From: an uncultured Alphaproteobacteria bacterium
GTDB taxonomy: Bacteria > Pseudomonadota > Alphaproteobacteria > Rhizobiales > Methyloligellaceae
NCBI GenBank assembly: GCA_963752315.1
Contig: CAVVXP010000003.1
Span: 148,374 to 212,373, forward strand
Reading direction: 5' to 3'
Length of the DNA: 64,000 nucleotides
Part shown: in pieces, positions 10,393 to 20,606 of the stretch
How positions within the stretch are numbered: position 1 is the stretch's first letter
How the letters are laid out: each line of letters begins with the position of its first letter
Notes under the pieces: model-generated
Told to the model about the DNA's origin: nothing
Database searches by the model: none
The model's input: the letters and a program-made list of their open reading frames with translations, nothing else
Position numbers and translations under genes: made by a program

Positions 10393-11613
10393 GCTCGACC
10401 ACGACCTCGACATGCGGCGAGAACAGGAACTGATCGACCGGCGTCACGCGGGCGATGCGGTAGCCGCCATCGACCAGGATGCGGAGGTCGCGGGCGAGCG
10501 TGCCGGGATTGCACGAGACTGCCACCAGCCGCGGCACCTCCGACTTGGCAAGCGTCTCGGCTTGCCCGGCGGCGCCGGCACGCGGCGGATCGAACACCAC
10601 GGCGTCGTAGGCTTTGAGCTCCTTCACGCTCAAAGGCGAGCGAAAGAGGTCGCGGCGGATAGCGCGCACCGGCTTGAGCTTGGGCGTCTTCCGCGCCGCC
10701 TCGGCGAGCGCGGCAAGTGCGGCCTCGTCGGCCTCGTAGGCGTCGACCGCGGCTTTGCGCGCCAGAGCGAAGGTGAAGGTGCCGAGACCGGCGAACAGGT
10801 CGGCCACGCGCTTCGCGCCGCTCACGCCATCTCCAACCAGTTCGACCAGAGCAGCCTCGGCCTCGCCCGAGGCCTGGAGGAAGACGCCGGGCGGCAACCT
10901 CACTTCGGCGCCGGACAGCTCGATCTGCGGCGCCGCAACCGGCCCGATGCTCTCGCCGTCTACCGTGAGCCGCGCCACGCCGAGCGCGGCGGCTTTGCCC
11001 GCGAAAGCGCCAAGGGCTGCGGGGCTTGGCCTGACGCCTTCGAGCACGATATCGAGGCCGCTCATCGGTTTCCGTCACGCTCACCCTCGCCTCGCGCTTG
11101 CCACCGAGCAAGCTGCCGAGCGCCTGTTTCAGACTTAGGCAGGCGTTCGACGATGCGCGGCGACAGGATCGGGCAGAGTTCGATGTCGATCAGCTCATGC
11201 GAGCGGGCGCGGCGATAGCCGAGAGCGACCCCGGCTTTCGACTTCCCGAGCGTGAAGGCCGCGCGCCTGCGGCTAGCGAGGGGCACACGCCGCACGTCCT
11301 CGACTTGCGCCTCAAGTCCGCGCGACCGCAAGGCGGCCACGACCAGCTCACGCTTCCAGGCGAGATAGGCGCTCGTCTCGAGATGCTGAAGCGCGCAGCC
11401 GCCGCAAATGCCGAAATGCGGGCAGACCGGCGCGACGCGGTCGGGGCTCGGCTCGAGCACTGCGATTAGGCCGGCGCGGTCGCTGCCGGGCTCGGCATCG
11501 ACCCCCACCAGCTCACCGGGCAGCGTGAATGGCACGAAGAGTGGCCCTTCCGGGCCGTCGGCCACGCCGTCGCCTTGCGCACCGAGGCGCCCGATCCTGA
11601 CCTCAGTCTGCAT
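10382..11613 (-). CDS. 23S rRNA m5U methyltransferase (RlmD/TrmA family); two +1 frameshifts near 11134 and 11063
   Basis: TRAM-like start, CPHFGICGGC, DLFAGLGTF, DPPRAG, VSCNPGTLARD, DQFLFSPHVE; the bridging frame reads LKQALGSLLGGKREARVSVTET. Confidence 0.85.
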
Positions 11614-12350
11614 GGCGCGCGCCGATCAGAAATTCCTCGTTGCCGCTGCCACCGAGAATCGGCGAGGCCATCTCTCCGACCACTATCCAGCCGGCGTCCT
11701 CGATGAAGCCGCGGACTTTTTCCACAGCCTTTTTGCGCTCGGCGGGCTTCCTGAACAATCCCACCCTTGCCGACCGCCGCCCGGCCCGCCTCGAATTGCG
11801 GCTTGACCAGAGCCACCAGCCAAGCCCCGGGCGCGGCGAGTTCGAGAGCCGCCGGCAGCGCCAGGGTCAAGCTGATGAAGCTGACATCGGCGACGATGGC
11901 CGTCACCTCCTCGCCGATCACCGTCCGGTCGAGCGCCCTGGCGTCGGTGCCTTCCAAGACCACCACCCGCGGGTTCACCCTGAGCTTGGCATGGAGCTGG
12001 CCGCTGCCGACGTCGACCGCATAGATCTTGGCCGCGCCGCGCGCGATCAGGACATCGCTGAAGCCGCCGGTCGAGGCGCCGAGATCGAGCGCGACCGCAT
12101 CTTTTGGGTCAAAGCCGAAGGCATCCAGCGCCGCCGCGAGTTTCTCCCCGCCGCGCGAGACGTAGCGGCTCGCGCCGGGGCTCAGCCGGAGCTCGGCCTC
12201 GGGCGTCACCTGCGCGCCAGGCTTGAGCGCGGTGACGCCGGCCACGCTGACCAGCCCCCGCCGCACGAGGTCGGCGGCGCGGGAGCGGGATGGCGCCAAC
12301 CCGCTCTCAACTAATAATTGGTCGAGACGTCTTTTTTTGTAGATGGGCAC
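11603..12350 (-). CDS. tlyA: TlyA family rRNA methyltransferase; +1 frameshift near 11755
   Basis: RLDQLL S4 domain, YVSRGGEKL, DLGASTGGFS, DVSFISL, LVKPQFEAG; the shifted frame gives SPILGGSGNEEFLIGARHAD*. Confidence 0.88.
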
Positions 12351-12477
12351 AAAAGCTTCTCATATGCTCCCGCTTGCGTCGGGAATCCTCGCGCGCGGAC
12401 GAAGGCCGGGAGCGGTCGGCGCCGCATCACATACATACTGCGAAGCGCCCCGCTCGGCGCGCCATCGCGGAGGTCTC

Positions 12478-13053
12478 GTGAGCCTAGAATCGTCGGCTTA
12501 CCTTACCGATAAGTGCGAAGTCCAAAAACGTGACGTGACCGGCGGCAAGGCCGTCTTTGCTCGGGACGTGATCGAGCAAGGCGAGCTTATTGCCGTTTGG
12601 AGCGGGCGTATCGTCGGCGCGGACGAGCTTGACGAGCTGCCCCCCGAGATCCGGCGCCATACGGTGCAGGTCGAAGAGGCGCTCTATCTCGCGTCGATCA
12701 CCGAGGCCGAGCCGCCGGACTTCATCAATCATTCCTGCGAGCCGAATGCCGGCCTCGACGGACAGATTGCCATCGTCGCGCTGCATCGCATTCAGCCTGG
12801 CGACGAGGTCACCATCGACTATGCCATGTGCGACGGCTCGCCTTACGACGAGTTCGAGTGCGGCTGCGGCTCGACGATCTGCCGCGGCCGCGTGACCGGC
12901 GACGATTGGCGCAATCCCACCCTGTGGGAACGCTACGCCGGACATTTCTCGCCCTATCTCGAGCGCCGCATCAGGGCACTCAAGCGTCGGCGTTTCCGCC
13001 GCAAGCGCGGGCTTGTGGCCGTTGGCACGGAGGCCACCGGAAACACTGCATGA
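12478..13053 (+). CDS. SET-domain protein with post-SET Zn motif (putative protein-lysine methyltransferase)
   Basis: GGAGG RBS before GTG; GKAVFA, FINHSCEPN, EVTIDY, CGCGSTICRG. Confidence 0.88.
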   Translation: MSLESSAYLTDKCEVQKRDVTGGKAVFARDVIEQGELIAVWSGRIVGADELDELPPEIRRHTVQVEEALYLASITEAEPPDFINHSCEPNAGLDGQIAIVALHRIQPGDEVTIDYAMCDGSPYDEFECGCGSTICRGRVTGDDWRNPTLWERYAGHFSPYLERRIRALKRRRFRRKRGLVAVGTEATGNTA

Positions 13054-13090
13054 GCGGGTTTGCATTTCAGCCAAATCAAGGGACACAACT

Positions 13091-13513
13091 ATGCTGACGG
13101 TCAGCACCTATGTTGCGCCGAGCGCCATTGAAGGCCTCGGCGTGTTCGCCGGCGAGTTCATCGAACGGGGGCGCCTGATGTGGAGCCTCAATCCGAAATT
13201 CGACATCTTCGTTTCCCGCGAGGAGATCGAGGCGTATGCGCCGCATCTGCAGAATTTTATCTCCCGTTATAGCTATCCGCATCTGGAAGTACCCGGGGTG
13301 GTCGTGGTCGATTGCGACAACGGCCGCTTCATGAACCACACCCTCACCCCCAACACCGACTTCCGCATCTTCGACAAAGGTTACGCTCTGGTCGACATCG
13401 CCCAGGGGGAAGAGATCACCTGCAATTATCACGAATTCGACCCGACATTCGCGGGCTTCTTTCCGCATATGCAGGCTGCCGTGGCGAATGGCAGGCTTCA
13501 TGCCAGCAGCTAG
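13091..13513 (+). CDS. Minimal SET-domain protein without post-SET
   Basis: SAIEGLGVFA, RFMNHTLTPN, DIAQGEEITCNY. Confidence 0.88.
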   Translation: MLTVSTYVAPSAIEGLGVFAGEFIERGRLMWSLNPKFDIFVSREEIEAYAPHLQNFISRYSYPHLEVPGVVVVDCDNGRFMNHTLTPNTDFRIFDKGYALVDIAQGEEITCNYHEFDPTFAGFFPHMQAAVANGRLHASS

Positions 13514-13997
13514 GCCGACGCGCTGGGCGCTTGCCGCATGCATGGCCTTGGCGGCGCCGCTCGGGGCGGTCGCCGCCGCGGAGGACTATCCGGGCTTCAC
13601 CTGGATGGGTGGCGCGGGCGACGGCGACGCGCTGCTCACTTTCGGCTCGCCCGAGACTGGCGAGGACTATGTGTTCATCCTGATCTGCCGCAATAAGGAC
13701 AAGAGCACCGAGGCAACGCTTTATGTCGACATCGAGGGCACCAAGGTCGGGCAGCCGATAACGGTCGAGCTTGCCGCGGGCGCGGCGAAAGTCTCCCTCA
13801 AGGGCAAAATCGCCACGGACGAGATGAGCGGCTTCCATTTCGCCGAGGCGAAGGGCTTTAAGATCAAGCCGTTGATCGCGCTGCTGAAGGAAAAAGGCCC
13901 GGTGACCGCCAAAACCGGCAAATTGGTTACCACCTTGCCCGACAAGGGTCGCGCTAAGCCGGCCGCCGAGTTTGCTAAGGCCTGCAAGCTCGACTAA
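13500..13997 (+). CDS. Secreted hypothetical protein (paralog A)
   Basis: Signal peptide ending AAA, two Cys in mature part, overlaps the stop of the second SET gene; alternative start 13488. Confidence 0.75.
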   Translation: MPAARPTRWALAACMALAAPLGAVAAAEDYPGFTWMGGAGDGDALLTFGSPETGEDYVFILICRNKDKSTEATLYVDIEGTKVGQPITVELAAGAAKVSLKGKIATDEMSGFHFAEAKGFKIKPLIALLKEKGPVTAKTGKLVTTLPDKGRAKPAAEFAKACKLD

Positions 13998-14071
13998 ACA
14001 AGGTCGCCGGCGGGCCGCCCCCCAGATTGTGCTTGGCTCGGCCGAACCTTAGGCCAACACGAAAGCTTCCC

Positions 14072-14566
14072 ATGATGTCCCGAGCCTCAGCGCGTCTCCT
14101 GCTTGCGGCCTGCGTTCTCTCAGGCGCGCTCCTCCCGTTGAGCTTCGCGCGCAGCGAAGAAACGCTGGTGTGGACGGCCAACACCAATGGCGATCTGATA
14201 TCGCTCTCTTACGGGTCGCTCGACACCAGCAAGCCGCCGGTGCTGCTGCTGTCTTGCTTCAACGAGATGAGCATCGGCGTGCTGGAAGTTTTCGGCACGA
14301 TCGAGGGAACCAGGCCGGGACAGAAATTGAGCATCGACCTCTCGGCCGGAGGCGCCCAGTCCTCGATCGAAGGTTCAGTAGAGCTCGATGACAAGACCGG
14401 AACGATGTTCGCCGAGGCGAGCGATATCGAAATCGGACCCCTGCTCGGAGTGCTCAAAGCCAAGGGTCCTCTGACGGTCAAGATCGCGGCGACCACGCTG
14501 ACGCTGCCGGAAGTCGGTCGCGCAGACGCCGCCGAGACATTCAGCAAAGACTGTAAACTGAGCTAG
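14072..14566 (+). CDS. Secreted hypothetical protein (paralog B)
   Basis: Signal peptide; colinear similarity to paralog A (IEGT..GQ, FAEA, LK.KGP.T.K, TLP..GRA, F.K.CKL). Confidence 0.75.
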   Translation: MMSRASARLLLAACVLSGALLPLSFARSEETLVWTANTNGDLISLSYGSLDTSKPPVLLLSCFNEMSIGVLEVFGTIEGTRPGQKLSIDLSAGGAQSSIEGSVELDDKTGTMFAEASDIEIGPLLGVLKAKGPLTVKIAATTLTLPEVGRADAAETFSKDCKLS

Positions 14567-14580
14567 CAGCGCTCTTGCGC

Positions 14581-16509
14581 TCAGGCGAGGCGAATGACGC
14601 CTGCCGCGTCGCGCTCCTTGCCGAGCGCGGTGAATACCGCGGCGACGATGCCCGAGGCGTCGAGCCCAGCCTCGGCATACATGGCGGCCGGCTTGTTCTG
14701 CTCGATGAAGCTGTCCGGCAGATGCAGCGTGCGCACTTTCAGCCCGCGGTCGAGTAAGCCTTCGCGCGCGAGAGCTTGCAGCACCATCGCGCCGAAGCCG
14801 CCGCTCGAGCCTTCCTCCACGGTGATCAGCACTTCGTGGTTCCGCGCCAGCCGGCGCAGCATATCCATGTCGAGCGGCTTGGCGAAACGCGCATCGGCGA
14901 CCGTGGCCGGCAGGCCGTAACCGGCCAGTTGATCGGCCGCCACCAGGCATTCGGGCAGCCGCGCGCCGAAGGAGAGCAGCGCCACCGCCGAGCCTTCGCG
15001 CAAGATGCGGCCTGTGCCGATCTCCAGCGGCGTCCCGCGCTTGGGCAGAGCGACGCCAATCCCCTCCCCGCGCGGATAGCGCAAGGCAGACGGCCGATCG
15101 TCGATAGCGGCGGCGGTCGCCACCATATGCATCAGCTCCACCTCATCGGCGGCCGCCATCACCACCATGCCCGGGAGGCAGGAGAGATAGGCCACGTCGA
15201 AAGCCCCGGCGTGGGTCGGGCCGTCGGCGCCGACCAAACCCGCCCGGTCGATGGCGAAGCGCACGGGCAGACCCTGCACGGCCACATCGTGCACCACCTG
15301 GTCGTAGGCGCGCTGGAGAAAGGTCGAATAGATGGCGGCAAAAGGCTTGTAGCCTTCGGCAGCGAGGCCGGCGGCGAAGGTCACGGCGTGCTGCTCGGCG
15401 ATGCCGACATCGAAGCAGCGCCCAGGAAACACCTCGGCGAAGCGATCGAGCCCGGTGCCCGACGGCATCGCCGCGGTGATGGCGACGATCTTGTGGTCGG
15501 CGCGCGCCTCTTCGATCAGCGCCTGCGCGAAGACCTTGGTGTAGCTCGGCGGTCCGCCGGCTGACGCCTCTTGCGCGCCGGTGACGACATTGAACTTGCC
15601 GACGCCGTGAAACTTGTCGGCGGAGATTTCGGCGGGCCCGTAGCCCTTGCCCTTCTGCGTCACGACATGGACCAGGATCGGGCCGTTCTTCATGGCCCGC
15701 ACGTTGCGCAATACGGGAAGCAGATGATCGAAATTATGCCCGTCGATCGGGCCCACATAATAGAAGCCGAGTTCTTCGAACAGCGTGCCGCCAGTCCAGA
15801 AGCCGCGCGTGAATTCTTCGGCGCGTGCCGCCCGCTTCTGCCAGCTCGTCGGCAACAGCTTGCGGGCGAGGTTCTTGAGAAAGCGGCGGAAGCGCCGATA
15901 GGCGCCGCCCGAGATGAGCTTGGCGAGATAGGCGCTCATGGCGCCGACCGGCGGAGCGATCGACATGTCGTTGTCGTTGAGAATCACGATCAGCCGCGAA
16001 TTCATGGCGCCGGCGTTGTTCATGGCCTCATAGGCCATGCCCGCGCTCATCGCGCCGTCGCCGATCACGGCCACCACATTGTGCGCCTTGGCGTCGAGGT
16101 CGCGGGCGACGGCCATGCCGAGTCCCGCCGAGATCGAGGTCGAAGAGTGGCCCGCGCCGAACGTGTCGTATTCGCTTTCGGCCCGCTTGCAGAAGCCCGA
16201 TAGGCCGTCGGCCTGCCGCAGCGTGCGGATGCGGTCGCGCCGCCCGGTGAGGATCTTATGCGGGTAGGATTGGTGGCCGACGTCCCAAATCAATTTGTCA
16301 TGCGGCGTATCGAAGACGTGATGCAAGGCAATGGTCAGCTCAACCACGCCGAGCCCCGCGCCCAGATGACCGCCGGTCACGGATACGGCCGCGATCAGCT
16401 CCTGGCGAAGCTCCTCGGCCAGCTGGGTCAGCTCGGGGTCTTGCAGCGCGCGGAGTTCCTCGGGGGTCCGGACACGGTCAAGCAACGGCGTGGAAGACTC
16501 GACGCTCAT
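14581..16509 (-). CDS. dxs: 1-deoxy-D-xylulose-5-phosphate synthase
   Basis: [50 protein letters not shown]. Confidence 0.97.
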   Translation of the reverse strand: MSVESSTPLLDRVRTPEELRALQDPELTQLAEELRQELIAAVSVTGGHLGAGLGVVELTIALHHVFDTPHDKLIWDVGHQSYPHKILTGRRDRIRTLRQADGLSGFCKRAESEYDTFGAGHSSTSISAGLGMAVARDLDAKAHNVVAVIGDGAMSAGMAYEAMNNAGAMNSRLIVILNDNDMSIAPPVGAMSAYLAKLISGGAYRRFRRFLKNLARKLLPTSWQKRAARAEEFTRGFWTGGTLFEELGFYYVGPIDGHNFDHLLPVLRNVRAMKNGPILVHVVTQKGKGYGPAEISADKFHGVGKFNVVTGAQEASAGGPPSYTKVFAQALIEEARADHKIVAITAAMPSGTGLDRFAEVFPGRCFDVGIAEQHAVTFAAGLAAEGYKPFAAIYSTFLQRAYDQVVHDVAVQGLPVRFAIDRAGLVGADGPTHAGAFDVAYLSCLPGMVVMAAADEVELMHMVATAAAIDDRPSALRYPRGEGIGVALPKRGTPLEIGTGRILREGSAVALLSFGARLPECLVAADQLAGYGLPATVADARFAKPLDMDMLRRLARNHEVLITVEEGSSGGFGAMVLQALAREGLLDRGLKVRTLHLPDSFIEQNKPAAMYAEAGLDASGIVAAVFTALGKERDAAGVIRLA

Positions 16510-16619
16510 TCGATACCCGCCAGACTGAAAGGGAAAACGATTGGAAGGATCAACGCGTTGAGCACCTTTATCGGCCGCGAGCCTTGCTTGCAACTATCGC
16601 GTAAGGCGGGCCAAATCGT

Positions 16620-16899
16620 GTCATAGACCCAGCGACGTGGAGTAGCGCGGCGAGCATAGCGGAGTGGCCGGTCCGGCCCAAGCGGCACCTCGCCTTCCCC
16701 CGGGCTGATCCTCCAGATGATCAGGAATCCAGCGGGCTGCTGGAGCGAGGATTTTTTACTGCGAGAAACTGGTCGTCTTGGCCCGGACCCGTGTTGGCGC
16801 CAGCTTCACCCTGCTCGAGGGCGAGCGGCCCACGCCCTTCGCGCGCATCACGCTCAGCCCGAAACAGGGCTGAGGCTCAACATAATAATGCGTGGCTGA
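16620..16899 (+). pseudogene. Possible internally deleted cytochrome P450 relic
   Basis: Joining frames gives ...LILQMIRNPAGCWSEDFYCEKLVV...GASFTLLEGERPTPFARITLSPKQGLRLNI, resembling P450 N- and C-termini with no heme motif. Confidence 0.3.
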
Positions 16900-16905
16900 A
16901 TTCGC

Positions 16906-17163
16906 TTAACCCTCGACGTCGAGCGGCTCGGTGCCGGTGGGCTGGCCGTTCTGATTGAGCGAGATTTTCTCGACCCTGGCCTCGGCTTTGCGCAGCAGCG
17001 CGTCGCAATGGGTCTTCAGCGCCTCGCCCCGCTCATAGATGAGGATCGAGGCTTCGAGCTCGACGTCGCCCTTCTCCAGGCGGTCGACAATGGTCTCGAG
17101 CTCTTTCAGCGCTTGCTCGAAACTCATGGTCTCGATGTCGGAATGATCGGTCGGTTCGGCCAT
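16906..17163 (-). CDS. xseB: Exodeoxyribonuclease VII small subunit
   Basis: [29 protein letters not shown]. Confidence 0.95.
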   Translation of the reverse strand: MAEPTDHSDIETMSFEQALKELETIVDRLEKGDVELEASILIYERGEALKTHCDALLRKAEARVEKISLNQNGQPTGTEPLDVEG

Positions 17164-17194
17164 GATCTGGCTTAGCCCGTTCCTGGGCCCACGA

Positions 17195-18127
17195 TCAAGA
17201 GCCAGCGCCCATCAGGGTTTGCACGTGCACCGCGGTTGAGTTTGCCAAAGCATCGAGGTCGTAGCCGCCTTCGAGCGTCGAGACGAGCTTGCCGCCGCTA
17301 TGCTTGGCCGCCGCTTCCAACAATTTCTCGGTCACCCAGGCGAAATCGGCCTCGATGAGCCTGAGCTGGGCCAATGGGTCCCTGATATGCGCGTCGAAGC
17401 CGGCGGAGACCAAGAGAAAGTCGGGCGCGAAGGCGTCTAGCGCGGGCAGGATGCGCCCTTCCCAGGCCGCGCGGAAGTCCTCGCCATCGTCGCCGGGGGC
17501 GAGCGGCGCGTTGCAGATATTGCCAACGCCGGTCTCGTCCACAGCTCCGGTGCCGGGAAAGAGCGGCATCTGGTGGGTCGAGCCGTAGAACAGATCCTTG
17601 TCGGTCCAGAATGCGGCCTGGGTGCCGTTGCCGTGGTGCACGTCGAAATCGACCACCGCCACGCGTTTTGCGCCATGCGCGGCGCGAGCGTGCAGCGCGG
17701 CGACGGCGACGGAGTTGAACAGGCAGAAGCCCATGGCACGGGACGGTTCGGCATGGTGGCCCGGAGGCCGCACCGCGCAGAAGGCATTGTCGGCTTTGCC
17801 CTCCATGACCTGATCGACGGCGTAAAGGGTGGCGCCGGTCGCGCGCAGCGCCGCTTCCCAGCTTCCCGGCGAGACCACCGTATCGGGATCGAGCCAGGCG
17901 TGGTCGTGCTTGGGGATGGCGGCGCGGACCATCTGCACATAGGCCTCGGGATGCAGGCGTTCGATCGCGGCGAGGTCGGCGAGCGGCGCTTGCTCGCGGA
18001 TGAGCGGCTTGAAGGCGGGCGCCGCGAGCGCGTCGTCGATGGCGCGCAAGCGATCGGCGCGCTCGGGGTGGCCGTAACCCGTATCGTGCTCGAGGCAGGC
18101 CGGGTGGGTGAGCAACAGCGTGGTCAT
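17195..18127 (-). CDS. Histone deacetylase family (Zn-dependent) protein
   Basis: [38 protein letters not shown]. Confidence 0.93.
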   Translation of the reverse strand: MTTLLLTHPACLEHDTGYGHPERADRLRAIDDALAAPAFKPLIREQAPLADLAAIERLHPEAYVQMVRAAIPKHDHAWLDPDTVVSPGSWEAALRATGATLYAVDQVMEGKADNAFCAVRPPGHHAEPSRAMGFCLFNSVAVAALHARAAHGAKRVAVVDFDVHHGNGTQAAFWTDKDLFYGSTHQMPLFPGTGAVDETGVGNICNAPLAPGDDGEDFRAAWEGRILPALDAFAPDFLLVSAGFDAHIRDPLAQLRLIEADFAWVTEKLLEAAAKHSGGKLVSTLEGGYDLDALANSTAVHVQTLMGAGS

Positions 18128-18207
18128 GGAGCGGTATGGTTAGCGCGGGGCTGGGTTGGGCTGTCAGTCTAGCTTGACCGCTCCGTGGTAACACGCGAAA
18201 TGGCGCG

Positions 18208-19158
18208 ATGCCCGTCGTTCCAGCAACGCCAGAGGCCATCAGGCAAGCCGCGCAGGCGTTGGCCCGCGGCGAGATCGTCGCGTTTCCCACCGAGACCGTC
18301 TATGGGCTCGGCGGCAATGCGCTCGATGCGCGCGCCATCGCCAAGGTGTTCGCCGCCAAGGAGCGGCCGCGCTTCAATCCGCTGATCGTGCATGTGGCAA
18401 GTTTTGAAGCCGCCGAACGCTATGCGGTGATGAACGAGACGGCCTGGAGGCTCGCCGAGGCATTCTGGCCCGGACCTCTGTCGCTCGTACTGAACAAGCG
18501 CCGGAATTGCGGGATCGCCGACCTGGTCAGTGCCGGCCTCGACACGATCGCGCTCAGGTCGCCCGCGCATCCGGTGGCTCAAGCCCTGCTGGCGGAATCG
18601 GCGCTGCCCATCGCCGCGCCGAGCGCCAACCGCTCGGGCCGGGTCAGCCCCACCATCGCGGCGCATGTTGAGGCGGAGCTCGGCGAGCGGCCCGCCATGA
18701 TCCTCGACGGCGGCCCTTGCCCGCTCGGCATCGAGTCGACAGTGGTGAGCGTCATCGATGGCGAGCCAGGGCTGCTGCGGCCGGGCGCCCTGCCGCGCGA
18801 GGCGATCGAGCTGGTGCTGGGTGGCCCGCTGCTCGCAGCTAACGCGAACCATCGGGGGGCTTCGCCGGGGCAACTCGAAACCCATTATGCGCCGCGCACG
18901 ATGCTCAAGCTCGGCGCGACGCATGTCAGCGCCAGCGAGGCGCTGCTCGCCTTCGGCCCTGACGTGCCGCAAGGCGCGCGCGCGACCATCAATCTCAGCC
19001 CGAGCGGCAATCTCGAAGAGGCCGCGGCGAAGCTGTTCGCCGCGCTGCGCGAGCTTGACCAGATGGCCGCTACTGCCATCGCCGTGATGCCGATTCCCGC
19101 CCATGGGCTGGGCGAGGCCATCAACGACCGCTTGCAGCGCGCGGCCAATCGGGGCTAG
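18208..19158 (+). CDS. tsaC: Threonylcarbamoyl-AMP synthase (Sua5/TsaC)
   Basis: PTETVYGL, KERPRFNPLI, APSAN, GIESTV, HYAP plus Sua5 C-terminal domain. Confidence 0.93.
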   Translation: MPVVPATPEAIRQAAQALARGEIVAFPTETVYGLGGNALDARAIAKVFAAKERPRFNPLIVHVASFEAAERYAVMNETAWRLAEAFWPGPLSLVLNKRRNCGIADLVSAGLDTIALRSPAHPVAQALLAESALPIAAPSANRSGRVSPTIAAHVEAELGERPAMILDGGPCPLGIESTVVSVIDGEPGLLRPGALPREAIELVLGGPLLAANANHRGASPGQLETHYAPRTMLKLGATHVSASEALLAFGPDVPQGARATINLSPSGNLEEAAAKLFAALRELDQMAATAIAVMPIPAHGLGEAINDRLQRAANRG

Positions 19159-19169
19159 CGCTCATCGTC

Positions 19170-20606
19170 ATGACCAGCGACCCACAGCACCCGCCGCCCA
19201 GCCCGGACACGATCGATGCGTTGGTGCGCATCGTCGGCGAGGCGAACGCGATCCGCGACGAGGCAGCGATGGAACGCTATCTCGTCGAATGGCGCGACCG
19301 CTATCGCGGCAGGGCGGCGCTCGTGCTCAAACCAGGCGACACGCAAGAGGTGGCGGCAATCCTGGAACACGCCAACGCGACCAACACGGCCATCGTGCCG
19401 CAAGGCGGCAATACCGGGCTGGTCGGCGGGCAAATCCCGTTCGAGACCGGCCACGAGGTCGTCGTCTCGCTCGAGCGTCTCACTCGTGTGCGCGACATCG
19501 ATCTTGCCTCTAACACCATGACGGTCGAAGCGGGGCTGGTGCTGGAGCAGGCGCAGCAGGTGGCAGCGAGCGCCGGGCGCCTGTTTCCTTTGAGCCTCGC
19601 CTCGGAGGGAAGCTGCCAGATCGGCGGCGTGCTCGCCACCAATGCCGGCGGCACGGCTGTGCTCGCTTACGGCAGCGCGCGGGACCTTACGCTCGGACTT
19701 GAGGTGGTGTTTGCCGATGGGCGCGTGTGGAACGGGCTCACGTCGCTGCGCAAGGACAATTCGGGTTACGACCTCAAGGACCTGATGATCGGTTCGGAGG
19801 GAACGCTGGGCATCATCACCGCCGCGGTGTTGCGGCTGTTCCCGAAGCCGGTCGAGCGGGTCACCTGCATGGCGGGCTTCCACGCGCTCGAAACCGCGCC
19901 TGCCTTCTTTACCCGCGCGCTTGAGCAAGCCGGCCCGGCGCTCACGGCGTTCGAGATCATGCCGCGCATCGGTCTAGAGTTCGTGCTCCGCCACGGGAGT
20001 TCGGTGCGCGATCCCTTCCCTACGGCCTATCCGTGGTACGCGCTGTTCGAGCTGACGAGCCCGCGTGAAGGCGACGAACTCGCGCGCCTCGCCGAGAGTG
20101 TGCTGGGCGAGGGTATCGAGGCCGGCGAGATCGACAGCGCGGTCGTCGCCGCGTCGCTCACCCAAGCGCAAGAGCTGTGGCGTCTGCGCGAGCTGATGAG
20201 CGAGATGCAGAAGCACGAAGGCGGTTCCATCAAGCACGATGTCGCCGTGCCGGTGGGACGCGTACCTGAGTTCGTCGCGCGCGCCAATCAGCTCGTGGAG
20301 TTGATGATCCCCGGGGCGCGGCCGGTGCCGTTCGGCCATCTCGGCGACGGCAATATTCATTACAATGTCAGCCAGCCGGCCGGCATGGACCGCGCGATTT
20401 TTTTGAGCTCTTGGGACGCGCTCAACGCCGCCGTGTACCAGATCGTGCTCGATCTCGGCGGCTCGATCAGCGCCGAGCACGGCATCGGTCGGCTCAAGCG
20501 CGAACTGCTGCCGCATGCGAAGCAGCCGGTCGAGATCGAGTTGATGCGGAAGATCAAAGCGACCTTCGATCCCAACGGCATTCTCAATCCGGGGAAGTTG
20601 CTCTAG
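19170..20606 (+). CDS. FAD-binding 2-hydroxyacid oxidoreductase (D-2-hydroxyglutarate dehydrogenase-like)
   Basis: PQGGNTGL, GSEGTLG, GHLGDGNIH, SAEHGIG, DPNGILNPGK. Confidence 0.9.
   Translation: MTSDPQHPPPSPDTIDALVRIVGEANAIRDEAAMERYLVEWRDRYRGRAALVLKPGDTQEVAAILEHANATNTAIVPQGGNTGLVGGQIPFETGHEVVVSLERLTRVRDIDLASNTMTVEAGLVLEQAQQVAASAGRLFPLSLASEGSCQIGGVLATNAGGTAVLAYGSARDLTLGLEVVFADGRVWNGLTSLRKDNSGYDLKDLMIGSEGTLGIITAAVLRLFPKPVERVTCMAGFHALETAPAFFTRALEQAGPALTAFEIMPRIGLEFVLRHGSSVRDPFPTAYPWYALFELTSPREGDELARLAESVLGEGIEAGEIDSAVVAASLTQAQELWRLRELMSEMQKHEGGSIKHDVAVPVGRVPEFVARANQLVELMIPGARPVPFGHLGDGNIHYNVSQPAGMDRAIFLSSWDALNAAVYQIVLDLGGSISAEHGIGRLKRELLPHAKQPVEIELMRKIKATFDPNGILNPGKLL

Noticed and set aside
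10382-12350. Programmed ribosomal frameshifting in tlyA and the rlmD-like gene
   Set aside because: No slippery heptamers at the break points; all breaks are +1 insertions consistent with error.
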